From: Candidatus Bathyarchaeota archaeon
GTDB taxonomy: Archaea; Thermoproteota; Bathyarchaeia; Bathyarchaeales; Bathyarchaeaceae
Direction of reading: 5' to 3'
DNA: 64,000 nucleotides
Assembly (NCBI GenBank): GCA_050123155.1
Contig: JASFHP010000005.1
Coordinates: 16,551 to 80,550 of the forward strand
The notes under the pieces are model-generated. The model saw only the letters and a list, made by a program, of their open reading frames with translations, did no database searches and was not told the DNA's origin. The position numbers were made by a program, and so were the translations under genes. This document shows, one piece after another, positions 8,232-17,332 of the stretch (position 1 is the stretch's first letter; each line of letters starts with the position of its first letter).

Positions 8232-10097
8232 ATGCAAAACAAAAAACAAGTTCAGGTTTCACCTAAAATGCAGAAAGCTGTGAATAATTTCTATTTGTTT
8301 TTGGTTGCTTTGTACTTTCTGTTAGCTTCTGCACAGTTAATTAACATACTCGTCAATTTGACTGTTGGAAGCGATGTGGGCACATTTTTCGAATTCATAA
8401 ACGCCTCACTAGACCGCATTATAGTCTATGCTTTAAACTTTGTAACCATGCTCTACATAACAGCAAAGCTTCGGAAGATACTGCCTGTTTTCCTAGTTTT
8501 TGCATACATTCTCGCTAGCTACTTCGTCTTTATTCAAACAGTAGACATGCTTATAATACTGATCAGTTTCGTTGCTCTGGTATGGTTTCTAACAAACCCT
8601 AGGCCATTCTCCACAATGCCGCGGAAGAAAGCGATTTCCCTTCTTGTGGTTTACCTGCTCTTGATTTTAGTCATCATTGAAGTTTCAGCGTTAATCTGCT
8701 GGTTCATCTTTCCCTTCACTCCAAAACTAGGTCAAATGGGAGCCTGCAAATATTTAGTGGATCTGGAAACCAAAATGTTCCTCCTAACAGCTTCTCTTGC
8801 TCCAGTTTTCACACTTTTATTCCTGTTTTCATGGATAACTAAACCCTTCTTTCCCCGTTGCAACACTCTGAGGCGACTCCGCACCTTATTCACTCAAAGC
8901 AACAATCACCCAAAAAACATTTACATAAAAAAAGTCTTCTCTTTACTCCTACTTGCTTGCCCAATCATCCTTTCTTTTCTGATCGCACTTTATCCCTTCG
9001 CACCAAGATTAAACGTGAACATGAACCCAATAGGTGTTGACTTTCCACACTATGAAGAATGGTTAACGAAATCTGCAAATGACAATAACTTTTTCAGCGT
9101 CATTACAAGCTTCTTTTTTGAACATTCAAACCGTCCACTAAGCTTGTTCTTCATATACCTTGTAAAATCTGCCAGCGGTCTCACAGCTTCAACAGTTATC
9201 CAGTTTTCTCCCCTGATTCTATCACCTGCTTTGGTTTCCGCTGTGTACTTTTTTATGCGAGAAACAAAAACCTTGAGTAATGCTTCTTTGCTCGCCGCTT
9301 TCTTGGCAGTTTTCTCCTTTCACATTACTGTTGTAATGTACGGATTTTTGCTCTCGAATTGGATGGCACTCATCGAATTGTATCTGTTCATGGGCTTCTA
9401 CTTCAGCTCTACAAGGAAAAGATCATATAACAAAATGGTGATCACCCTCTTGCTTTCCATCAGCTTACTTTTCACCCATTCATGGACCTGGGAAATGTCA
9501 ATCGGAGTGCTTGCTGCATATTTGCTCCTCACCATAATTCACCATAGAAAAAACTTAACTGTCACTCGCTTCGAAATTCGGTTTCTAATCATCCTAATCT
9601 TGATTAATGTCTTAGTGTGCATTGCAAGAAATTATGTTGTAGGATTACCAGCTGGACACTTTAAGACTTTACAAGTTACCCAGAACACTGTTTCTGTAGG
9701 CGCTTTAGAATCTTTTGGATATGATTTATTCTACACTCTTTTCCATAGGATGTACGGGCTTTTTGTGAACCCAATGGCGTTGTTGCTAGCAGTTTTAGGG
9801 AGTTTCATCATAGTCTCCGATGACACTCCTGTAAATCGGTACTTAACTGCTTGGCTGCTAGGCTCTTGCATCTTTTTTGTCTTAAGCAGCGGATGGGTGA
9901 TAAAAAGTCGAATACTAGCCAATTTGCCTCTTCCCGTTTTGGAAGCAGTGGGCTTAGTTGGCATAACTAATCTGATTAAAAAATTTCTTGATCCTGACAA
10001 AACAGCATTAATCAACCTTTTGACGATATCGTTTATACTGCTGGTGGGCTTGAATTACGCTTTCAGATTCGCCTTTGAAATGGCACAACTAGCGTAA
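8232..10097 (+). CDS. Polytopic integral membrane protein (621 aa, at least 12 predicted helices), associated with the glycan cluster
   Basis: Long uninterrupted ORF that is hydrophobic throughout. Its location in the glycosylation island is the only functional clue; a polymerase, flippase or GT-C role is possible but unsupported by motifs. Confidence 0.7.
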   Translation: MQNKKQVQVSPKMQKAVNNFYLFLVALYFLLASAQLINILVNLTVGSDVGTFFEFINASLDRIIVYALNFVTMLYITAKLRKILPVFLVFAYILASYFVFIQTVDMLIILISFVALVWFLTNPRPFSTMPRKKAISLLVVYLLLILVIIEVSALICWFIFPFTPKLGQMGACKYLVDLETKMFLLTASLAPVFTLLFLFSWITKPFFPRCNTLRRLRTLFTQSNNHPKNIYIKKVFSLLLLACPIILSFLIALYPFAPRLNVNMNPIGVDFPHYEEWLTKSANDNNFFSVITSFFFEHSNRPLSLFFIYLVKSASGLTASTVIQFSPLILSPALVSAVYFFMRETKTLSNASLLAAFLAVFSFHITVVMYGFLLSNWMALIELYLFMGFYFSSTRKRSYNKMVITLLLSISLLFTHSWTWEMSIGVLAAYLLLTIIHHRKNLTVTRFEIRFLIILILINVLVCIARNYVVGLPAGHFKTLQVTQNTVSVGALESFGYDLFYTLFHRMYGLFVNPMALLLAVLGSFIIVSDDTPVNRYLTAWLLGSCIFFVLSSGWVIKSRILANLPLPVLEAVGLVGITNLIKKFLDPDKTALINLLTISFILLVGLNYAFRFAFEMAQLA

Positions 10098-10115
10098 GCG
10101 ATGCTCTCGCATAAT

Positions 10116-10961
10116 TTAAGGAGCATGATACTCCAAAACGACACCATGTTCTGGATCTGCACCTACCTGATTGTTGGTTATTTCAATCGCTTCTGCTACT
10201 GACAACTTTTCTAAATACAAGACTTCAGTAAGATGTAAAATTGCAGTGTCTGAATGAGAAATTAAAACAGGCCCATTCCAAGATATGTACCCAAACGCAC
10301 CTTGATTCATGAATTCTTCAATTATCAACTGATCAAGAGTTCCATCGCAACCCATAGCTATAACAAGCGTACCGTTGAATTTTCCTGTCATGCATCTCTT
10401 TACGAAGCCCCAATTCACGGCAAAGACAGGCTGCGATTCTTCTGTTGCATAAGCTTCTTTCACTAACTGAAACTGCTGTTCTTGCGTGTACTTCCCGACT
10501 GAGTACGGTTCTGCGGTGAAGAGGTAGAGTTGATCTTCATGTAATGCGCTATGCATACGCAAAATGACTAGTTTGTATCCGTTTGGCACGGTCTTCAAAA
10601 AATCCACGGTTACTTCTGTTCCTTGAAAAACATCAACTTCAAATCCTGCTTCCTGCAAAGTCTCTGTTAGCGATCTAGTGAACTCGTCGTTTGGAAGAGT
10701 AACGTATAGAGCGTCAATCAAAGCTGCCTTAAGCGAGCTGTCGCCAGAGTTTTCACCGTTTTCGTTGGTTGAAGAATCAGAGCCAACAAAAGAGGTTGCC
10801 AAGTAGTATGAAACTAGAACTATGATGGAAATAATTATCAGGAGAGTGATTATCGTGTAGATGCGCCGCATTCTTTTTTTATCTGCATAGATTTTGTGTC
10901 TGATTCCTCCGGGTTTTTTCTCAGCCATTATAAGTTTTGTGATGGAAAGCATTTCATTCAC
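10116..10961 (-). CDS. Exported/anchored protein of unknown function with a His/Cys dyad-like pattern
   Basis: N-terminal anchor IYTIITLLIIISIIVLVSYYLA, Ser/Asn-rich linker, then an alpha/beta-looking domain with KLVILRMHSAL and TLVIAMGCDGT. Confidence 0.6.
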   Translation of the reverse strand: MNEMLSITKLIMAEKKPGGIRHKIYADKKRMRRIYTIITLLIIISIIVLVSYYLATSFVGSDSSTNENGENSGDSSLKAALIDALYVTLPNDEFTRSLTETLQEAGFEVDVFQGTEVTVDFLKTVPNGYKLVILRMHSALHEDQLYLFTAEPYSVGKYTQEQQFQLVKEAYATEESQPVFAVNWGFVKRCMTGKFNGTLVIAMGCDGTLDQLIIEEFMNQGAFGYISWNGPVLISHSDTAILHLTEVLYLEKLSVAEAIEITNNQVGADPEHGVVLEYHAP

Positions 10962-11148
10962 TTCGCTAAAAGCTCTTTTTTACGGTCCTCTTGGGGCATA
11001 TTTGTTGTATTGAGCCTAAAAAATTTTGGGTTAAATTCTGAGACAAACGCTAAACCAGTCTTCCGCCAAAAACATCAGAACCTAGACTCTTTTTGTAGCA
11101 CACCTCAAACAAGAAACACAGTTGTGCGTTTGTGGTCAAGGTCCAAAG

Positions 11149-12237
11149 TTAGGCGTCACATAGTTCCTTCACAATTCTTCTTCCAGCATTACCGTCTCCA
11201 AAAGGATTCTTCCAGCTTTTGCTCTTACCAAGCATAAGCCTTGTCATCTTAACTATTTCGTCGGGTCTTGTCCCAGCTAAGACGTTTGATCCCACCTCCA
11301 GCGTTTCAGGCCTCTCAGTATTATCCCTCAAGGTTACGCAGGGAACACCGAGGATACAAGCCTCCTCCTGGATTCCACCCGAATCCGTCAGAATCAGCTT
11401 AGCCTTGTTCTCCAATCTTAGAAAGTGGAGGTACCCAACTGGTTCCATTAGGGTTACGCCTTCAGGGTTCAAGCCAAACTCGCTTATCCTTTTCTTGGCT
11501 CTGGGGTGTATGGGATAAATCACTGGAATCCCGAACTCATCATGGATGAGCCTCAAGCCGTCTAGAATTCCCTGAAACCGCTCTCTATCGTCAACGTTCT
11601 CTTGCCTATGGGCGGTGACAAGAAAGTAATCGTTGCCTTCAGCGTTCAGATCGTCCAAAGTGTCAGATGGATCATTTAGTAATCTAGAATTTTGGATAGC
11701 AACATCCACGATGGTGTTCCCGGTCACGAATATCTTGCTGTCAGGTATTCCCTCCCTGAGAAGGTTCCGTCTAGCCCCCTCTGTGGGAGCAAAAAGGAAG
11801 TCAGACATGTGATCCGTTAACACCCTGTTCGTCTCCTCGGGCATTTCCCTGTCGTAGCTTCTCAGACCAGCCTCAACGTGACCAACCTTAACGCCTAATT
11901 TCGCTGCTGCCAGTGCACCAGCGAGGACACTGTTTGTGTCCCCCTCAACCAAGACGATGTCTGGCTTCTCCTCAACCAGAACTGTTTCCACGCCGGTGAG
12001 CATCTTGGCTGTTTCCTCAGCGTGTGTTCCAGAGCCGACATCTAGGTTGTATTTAGGCTCAGGCATATTAAGCTCTTCAAAAAAAAGCCGGTCCATGCTA
12101 TACGAATAGTGCTGTCCTGTGTGGAGAATGAAGTGGTCTAGCTCTTGGCGTTCAAGCTCCCGGATAACAGGGGACATTTTTATTATCTCGGGTCTAGTTC
12201 CAAGGATGATTGCTGCTTTCACTTTACTCGCCTGCAC
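11149..12237 (-). CDS. wecB: UDP-N-acetylglucosamine 2-epimerase (non-hydrolysing)
   Basis: AAIILGTRPEIIKMSPVI..HTGQHYSYSMD..VEGDTNSVLAGALAAAKL..VGHVEAGLRS..TDSGGIQEEA are family-diagnostic motifs. Length is 362 aa. Confidence 0.9.
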   Translation of the reverse strand: MQASKVKAAIILGTRPEIIKMSPVIRELERQELDHFILHTGQHYSYSMDRLFFEELNMPEPKYNLDVGSGTHAEETAKMLTGVETVLVEEKPDIVLVEGDTNSVLAGALAAAKLGVKVGHVEAGLRSYDREMPEETNRVLTDHMSDFLFAPTEGARRNLLREGIPDSKIFVTGNTIVDVAIQNSRLLNDPSDTLDDLNAEGNDYFLVTAHRQENVDDRERFQGILDGLRLIHDEFGIPVIYPIHPRAKKRISEFGLNPEGVTLMEPVGYLHFLRLENKAKLILTDSGGIQEEACILGVPCVTLRDNTERPETLEVGSNVLAGTRPDEIVKMTRLMLGKSKSWKNPFGDGNAGRRIVKELCDA

Positions 12238-12512
12238 CTAAAGATTACGGTTCCGCCCTCAGTATATGGCTTCCAAGGGTCAAGACATTGTAGATAAGCG
12301 TGCTCTCTGTCCTCAGGCTTAGTCAATCCCAGCTTAACGGGGTCCGCTCCTTCATCTAAGGCTACAGCGTAGTGGAGTATGACGGGGAGGGCGTGCACGC
12401 AGAGCGCATCGGTTTCATTTAGAACTATTCTTGCCCCATCGATCAAGATTCTGTCTCCAGCCTTATGAACGGGGCAAGTTCCTCTGACCTCAACCACTTC
12501 TATCTCCAACAC
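12219..12512 (-). CDS. Small conserved Cys/His protein (resembles the TIGR04076-type family)
   Basis: 97 aa; RGTCPVHKAGDRILIDG motif; overlaps wecB by 19 nt. The family assignment is from memory of the C-P-x-H-x-x-GD signature only. Confidence 0.45.
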   Translation of the reverse strand: MLEIEVVEVRGTCPVHKAGDRILIDGARIVLNETDALCVHALPVILHYAVALDEGADPVKLGLTKPEDREHAYLQCLDPWKPYTEGGTVIFRCRRVK

Positions 12513-12561
12513 TCCGCCTACCTCCTTAACATATCACCAGTGCACAAAGATGCGAAAATGT

Positions 12562-13515
12562 TTATTTGTAGTTGCTGGTTTTTTCTATCGCCTCAATAGT
12601 TGTTTTATATGTTTGGTATATTGCTTCCGCTGCAGCAGCTACTTCTGTTTTCTCTTTTGCGGAAAGAAAGCTGTAAGTAGAGCTGCCAATTAAATTTCCC
12701 ACTCTGCGAGGAACACTAACAAAAACAGGTTCAGACAGTCCACCGAATTTCATGGGTGTAGCTACAGGCAAGACTTCATTTGTGTTTCTGACAATTGCCC
12801 TCACTATATCTCTGAAAGAAGCTGCTGGACCATATTCGGTGCCTCCAATATTGTCTACGATAACTTTGGAGACAGACTTCACGTAGGAGTCGACTTCGGC
12901 TTCGTTAACGGTCTTACATACTGATTTCAAGTATTCATTAAGAGGGACTCCGTTAACTTTCGCGGTTGACCACAGGATGGTTGTATCTTTTCCGTGTTCT
13001 CCCCCCACATATCCTTCAACCGTTGACACGGGTACTTTGAGGATTCTAGCTAATCCGGACCGAAACCTTAACGATTCGAGGTTAGTTCCAGTGCTAATCA
13101 CAAACTCGGCTTCAGAAAATTTTTTGCACACCATTGCCATGGCGTCAACCGGGTTCGTAATCACAACGTATTTTGCAGCCGGGTTGTTTGGCGCCGTTGT
13201 CTCCGCAACATGTTTCACTATTTGTCCGTTTTGAACCGCCAAGTCTCGTCTGCTCATCTTGACCCCCGGGGTTCTGGGCTTTCCAGCAGAAACAAGAATG
13301 ATGTCGGCTCCCTTTACATCTTCGCCCCTTTCGCATGAGATGATGTCAACATCTAAGCTTAGACTTGCGGTTACATGTCTGAGTTCTTCGGCGAAGGCTT
13401 TTGCTAGACCTTTTTTGGTGTCGCAAACGGTTATCGTGTCTGCCAGCTCGGCGCACATTATTGTGTAGGCTGTTGGGCGTCCTACTCGTCCTGCTCCTAT
13501 TTGTGCTATGTGCAA
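12562..13515 (-). CDS. mdh: LDH/MDH-family 2-hydroxyacid dehydrogenase (malate dehydrogenase-like)
   Basis: IAQIGAGRVGRPTAY (Rossmann), SAGKPRTPGVKMSRRDL (substrate loop with Arg), ITNPVDAM, GEHG. Length is 317 aa. Confidence 0.8.
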   Translation of the reverse strand: MHIAQIGAGRVGRPTAYTIMCAELADTITVCDTKKGLAKAFAEELRHVTASLSLDVDIISCERGEDVKGADIILVSAGKPRTPGVKMSRRDLAVQNGQIVKHVAETTAPNNPAAKYVVITNPVDAMAMVCKKFSEAEFVISTGTNLESLRFRSGLARILKVPVSTVEGYVGGEHGKDTTILWSTAKVNGVPLNEYLKSVCKTVNEAEVDSYVKSVSKVIVDNIGGTEYGPAASFRDIVRAIVRNTNEVLPVATPMKFGGLSEPVFVSVPRRVGNLIGSSTYSFLSAKEKTEVAAAAEAIYQTYKTTIEAIEKTSNYK

Positions 13516-13551
13516 TTTGGTTTCCTCTCAGGGTTGTCACGAAGAGGCTTT

Positions 13552-14406
13552 CTAGACGTGACCCTTTTCGATCAAGTATTCACGAAGAGCCTCTTGCCAT
13601 GTTGGCACTTCTATTCCATGTTTAGGCAGCTTTATGCTTTTGAGTGCAGAAAACCGTGGTCTTTTAGCTTTCATAGTTAGCTGTTCTGTCTTTGTTGGCG
13701 TTAAGTCGGGAGTTAAACCTGTGAATTGGAAGATTTGTTCGGCGAACTGATACCATGAGCAGTAGCCTTTGTTTGTAGCGTGATAAACTCCGTATGGAAG
13801 CTGCTTTTCGGCGATTTCTTTTATGATTGAAGAAGCATCTTTGGTGTATGTGGGGCTCATCCACATATCGTCGATGACGGTGATGGGCTCGTTTTTCTTT
13901 GCTTTGGCTATCATCGTTTCCACAAAATTTCCTCCCTTACCGCTTGCTCCTGCCTTGCCGAATACGCTTGCTATTCTGATGATGTAGTGTTTAGAGTTTT
14001 GTTGGATGAAGTGTTCGGCGGCTAGTTTGGAGATTCCGTAAGTGTTGATGGGAGCGGGAACATCGTCTTCGGTGTAGGGTTCCTTTTTTGAGCCATCGAA
14101 AACGTAGTCTGTGCTGATTAATACGGCTGTGGCGTCTATTTCTTTGGTTATCATTGCGACGTTTCTTGCGCCTAAAGCGTTTACGGAAAAAGTTTTCAGA
14201 GGTTCTTCTTCACATTGGTCGGTCTTGTGGAAAGCGGCGGTGTTTATGACCATGTCGGGTTGATGCTTCCTCAGGACAAGGCAGCTGTCGTAATCTGCCA
14301 CTTCAATACAATTATGGATTAAACCGACAACCTCATGTGCAACACCTAAAGTTTTTACCAAATCTGTGCCCAGTTGCCCAGTAGACCCTATAACAGCGAT
14401 TTTCAT
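13552..14406 (-). CDS. rmlD: dTDP-4-dehydrorhamnose reductase
   Basis: MKIAVIGSTGQLGTDL..; STDYVFDG; YGISKLAAE (YxxxK). The start is set at ATG 14406, which forms an ATGA overlap with the upstream gene; the track start at 14472 is an over-extension. Confidence 0.85.
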   Translation of the reverse strand: MKIAVIGSTGQLGTDLVKTLGVAHEVVGLIHNCIEVADYDSCLVLRKHQPDMVINTAAFHKTDQCEEEPLKTFSVNALGARNVAMITKEIDATAVLISTDYVFDGSKKEPYTEDDVPAPINTYGISKLAAEHFIQQNSKHYIIRIASVFGKAGASGKGGNFVETMIAKAKKNEPITVIDDMWMSPTYTKDASSIIKEIAEKQLPYGVYHATNKGYCSWYQFAEQIFQFTGLTPDLTPTKTEQLTMKAKRPRFSALKSIKLPKHGIEVPTWQEALREYLIEKGHV

Positions 14407-15419
14407 AAGATTACACCATTGATTTCCGTGTCTCGAAGAAACTTTTGCATCTCCAATAGATGCTTGTACCACTTGACAGTGATTGTCCGTGGATCATCAG
14501 GGTTTAATCGTTCTTCTTTAAGGGCATCGAACACATTTTTTGCTCCTTTCTTGATTGTGGTCTGTGGTTTGAAGTTTAGGGTTTCTTTGATTTTGCTGAA
14601 GCTTACTCTATAGCTTCGGGTGTCGGGATCGCCGTACCACTCATAGTTGAAGGGCAGATTGCATGCTTCTGCCACCAGTTTGGCTAGGTCGAAGATTTGT
14701 ATGTTCTGTTCGTTGCAACCTACGTTGAAGATTTGACCATTAACGACTTCAGGTTCTGCTTCTAAGACTTTGATAAATGCTTTTGAGGTGTCTTTTATGT
14801 TTACGAAGGGGCGCCACTGTTTCCCGTCTCTCATGATTGGGATTTTTCCGTTTCTGTAGTAGCCTAGAGTCATGCCGTTGATGGCTAAGTCAAACCTCAT
14901 TCTGTACGAAAACCCATAAACCGTAGCCTGCCGGAGAACTGTCGCCGAGAAAGTTTTGTCGGCAAGTGGCAAGACATCCTTTTCCGCCATCATGTTGGCT
15001 TTCGCGTAAGTTGTCAAAGGATTCAAACCCGATTCTTCGGTGATAATCCCCTCTTGAAAGCCGTACACGCTGCAGGTGCTGGCTAAAACGTACTTTTTGA
15101 TGCCGTATTTTTTGGCGAGGCTGGCTACTCTAACTCTTCCCTTGTAGTTTATGTCTAGCGTTTTTTGGGGTTCAAGTTCACCACTGGGGTCGTTAGAGAG
15201 GGCTGCTAGATCAAAGACTGCATCTACATCTTTCAGGATTTCCGGATTAAAAAATCGGATATCGTCTTTAACAAGGGTTATTTTATTAGCTATGTCTTTT
15301 ATCGAATCGGTTCCGAAGAAGAGGCGGTCTAGGCAGGTTACGTTGTAGCCCTTTTCCAGCAGGATTCTGGACAATACAGAGCCTATGTAGCCTGCTCCGC
15401 CAGTCACTAACACATTCAT
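14403..15419 (-). CDS. NAD-dependent epimerase/dehydratase-family SDR (atypical; not a recognisable RmlB)
   Basis: MNVLVTGGAGYIGSVL Rossmann motif. STCSVYG stands where 4,6-dehydratases carry TDEVYG. The active-site region reads TTYAKANMMAEK rather than a clean YxxxK. Confidence 0.75.
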   Translation of the reverse strand: MNVLVTGGAGYIGSVLSRILLEKGYNVTCLDRLFFGTDSIKDIANKITLVKDDIRFFNPEILKDVDAVFDLAALSNDPSGELEPQKTLDINYKGRVRVASLAKKYGIKKYVLASTCSVYGFQEGIITEESGLNPLTTYAKANMMAEKDVLPLADKTFSATVLRQATVYGFSYRMRFDLAINGMTLGYYRNGKIPIMRDGKQWRPFVNIKDTSKAFIKVLEAEPEVVNGQIFNVGCNEQNIQIFDLAKLVAEACNLPFNYEWYGDPDTRSYRVSFSKIKETLNFKPQTTIKKGAKNVFDALKEERLNPDDPRTITVKWYKHLLEMQKFLRDTEINGVIL

Positions 15420-15433
15420 CAGTTATTCTTTTC

Positions 15434-15949
15434 CTACTTGTAGGGTACTCTGAACCAGTCCCATGGTTTGCCCACGCGAGGATCGTTTTTGTTGCCGTTT
15501 ATTTCTGTGGGAATTACGGTCTGGTCGTTCCATGGTTTGCGATGTTCATCTGGATTCTTGTAGTCATAGAGTCTGTTAACGAAATACACCGTTAAAGACG
15601 GCTCGCTGCTGACGGTTTTTGTTCCATGCAAGTATTTGCCAGGTATTCTTACTACAGTTGGTTTTTCGCCGCTGGCTATTACTTCAGCCATTTTTCCGGT
15701 TTTTTCGTCGTATGCGCAGATTTTCATTGCTCCCTTTAGCACTAGAAAGTGGTCTACCTGTCCTCTCAAATGTTTGTGCCAGGCTCTGACCACGTTGGGG
15801 TAGCTGTAGCTCAGGTTTGCCTGTGTTATCTGTTCGTCTTCAAAGAATTCTTTCCAGTCTTGCCGGAAGGCTTCAGCAAAGAAGCCTCGTTCGTCAGGCA
15901 ACAAATTTATCTCGTATGTTTTTACTCCGTCTAGAGCATATTCTTTCAT
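15434..15949 (-). CDS. rmlC: RmlC-like cupin (dTDP-4-dehydrorhamnose 3,5-epimerase-related)
   Basis: DERGFFAEAFR..VVRAWHKHLRGQVDHFLVLKGAMKICAYD matches the RmlC cupin core. ATGA overlap with rmlA. Confidence 0.75.
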   Translation of the reverse strand: MKEYALDGVKTYEINLLPDERGFFAEAFRQDWKEFFEDEQITQANLSYSYPNVVRAWHKHLRGQVDHFLVLKGAMKICAYDEKTGKMAEVIASGEKPTVVRIPGKYLHGTKTVSSEPSLTVYFVNRLYDYKNPDEHRKPWNDQTVIPTEINGNKNDPRVGKPWDWFRVPYK

Positions 15950-17016
15950 ATTTCAACCTCCGAATAGTCACCTACATGAAGTTTTAAGCAGCCATTCCTA
16001 TTGCCTCTGGTTATTTTAGCGTTTTTCCCTATTAGACTCTCTTCCAGCCTATCAACGCCAGTTATCTCTGCGTTCTCTAAGATTACACTGTACTCAATAG
16101 AGCTGTCAACGATTTTTGTTCCGTCACCTATGCTTGTGTACGGTCCAATGAAAGAGTTTTCTATATCACAGCCGTCACCAATGAAGCACGGTCCCCTAAC
16201 AGTGGAGTTAACTACCTTTGCGTTTTCTTGGATAGTGACTCTTCCTTCAATTTTGCTTTCTTGGACTACGCCTTTGATTTCTCGTTTTGTGTATTCGTCT
16301 AGAGCTTTTGCGTTGGCTGTTAGTATGTCATCCTTTTTTCCTGTGTCCAGCCACCAAGTGTTTAGGATTTCTGCTTTTATTTTGAAGCCCATGTTTATCA
16401 TTTCTTGTATGGCGTCTGTGATTTCAAGTTCGCCTCTCCATGAGGGCTTTATCTTGTCTATGGCTTTGAAAATGTTTGTTGAAAAGATGTAGGTGCCGAC
16501 TATGGCGAGGTTTGATGGGGTGTCTTTTGGTTTTTCAACTAATTTTATAATGTTGGCTTTTTCATCCAAGGTTGCTACGCCAAACTTTGTCGGGTCATCT
16601 ACAGGCTTTAGGAGGATGAGGGCATCCATCTTTTCTTTTTTGAATTTTTGTACAAAAGCGGTTAATCCTTGTCCTTGCAGGTTATCGCCTAAGCACATGA
16701 TGAAGCTTTCTTCGCCTAAGAAGGGCTTGGCTGTTTTTACGGCGTGAGCTAGACCTAAGGGTTCTTGGGTGATGTAGGTGACGTCAAATGCCCATTCTGT
16801 TCCGTCTTTAACATATTCTTTTACGTAGTGTCCAGTTTCTGGAGCGATTATTATCCCGATTTGGGTGATGTCTGTTTCGGCTACTTGGTCGAGAACATAG
16901 CCTAGAACAGGTTTGTTGGCTAGAGGAATCAGTTGCTTAGCTAATGTGAAGGTTAATGGTCGAAGTCTGGTTCCTCTGCCACCACTCAATACTAAAGCTT
17001 TCAAGGTTGGCACCAA
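15946..17016 (-). CDS. rmlA: Glucose-1-phosphate thymidylyltransferase (long archaeal form with C-terminal left-handed beta-helix)
   Basis: KALVLSGGRGTRLRPLTFTLAKQLIPLANKPVL signature. The C-terminal hexapeptide-repeat region is (VRGPCFIGDGCDIENSFIGPYTSIGDG). Confidence 0.88.
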   Translation of the reverse strand: MVPTLKALVLSGGRGTRLRPLTFTLAKQLIPLANKPVLGYVLDQVAETDITQIGIIIAPETGHYVKEYVKDGTEWAFDVTYITQEPLGLAHAVKTAKPFLGEESFIMCLGDNLQGQGLTAFVQKFKKEKMDALILLKPVDDPTKFGVATLDEKANIIKLVEKPKDTPSNLAIVGTYIFSTNIFKAIDKIKPSWRGELEITDAIQEMINMGFKIKAEILNTWWLDTGKKDDILTANAKALDEYTKREIKGVVQESKIEGRVTIQENAKVVNSTVRGPCFIGDGCDIENSFIGPYTSIGDGTKIVDSSIEYSVILENAEITGVDRLEESLIGKNAKITRGNRNGCLKLHVGDYSEVEI

Positions 17017-17332
17017 GAGAATAATGCTATTCTTGTGGTTACGCTTTAAAGTTTTGTTGACGTTTCTTACTTGCAGAATTCTTAAAGGACTATAGGGGGA
17101 TTTGTGTTGGCAGAAATTGTGGAGAACTTTGAGGTTAGAAACAAAATTCAGGTTTTAGATGTCCGCTCCCATGCAGGGGAGATGCTAACTATTGGCATTT
17201 TGCTTCTAAGGTTTCTTTCAGATGTTTTGGTTCTTGGGTTATGAATCGATTTTTTGAAAAAATGAAATTTAATTACAATCTGGATGAGACTACAGTCATC
17301 ATCACAAACGTCGGACCGTAAAGCTTATAGAA

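Noticed and set aside
13552-14472. Long N-terminal extensions suggested by track coordinates for rmlD (14472), hisC (54968), the HAD gene (56050), hisB (57281), the 45629 ORF and the repeat protein (36518)
   Set aside because: In each case an internal start restores the canonical family N-terminus (for example MKIAVIGSTG, MRKVKVERKTKE) and gives a tidy junction with the upstream gene. The extensions overlap neighbouring genes and look non-coding.
17104-17244. 46-aa ORF (MLAEIVENFEVRNKIQVLDVRSHAGEML..) in the 316-bp gap between rmlA and the 512-aa membrane gene
   Set aside because: It is too short and carries no motif. It could be a gene fragment, but this cannot be supported.
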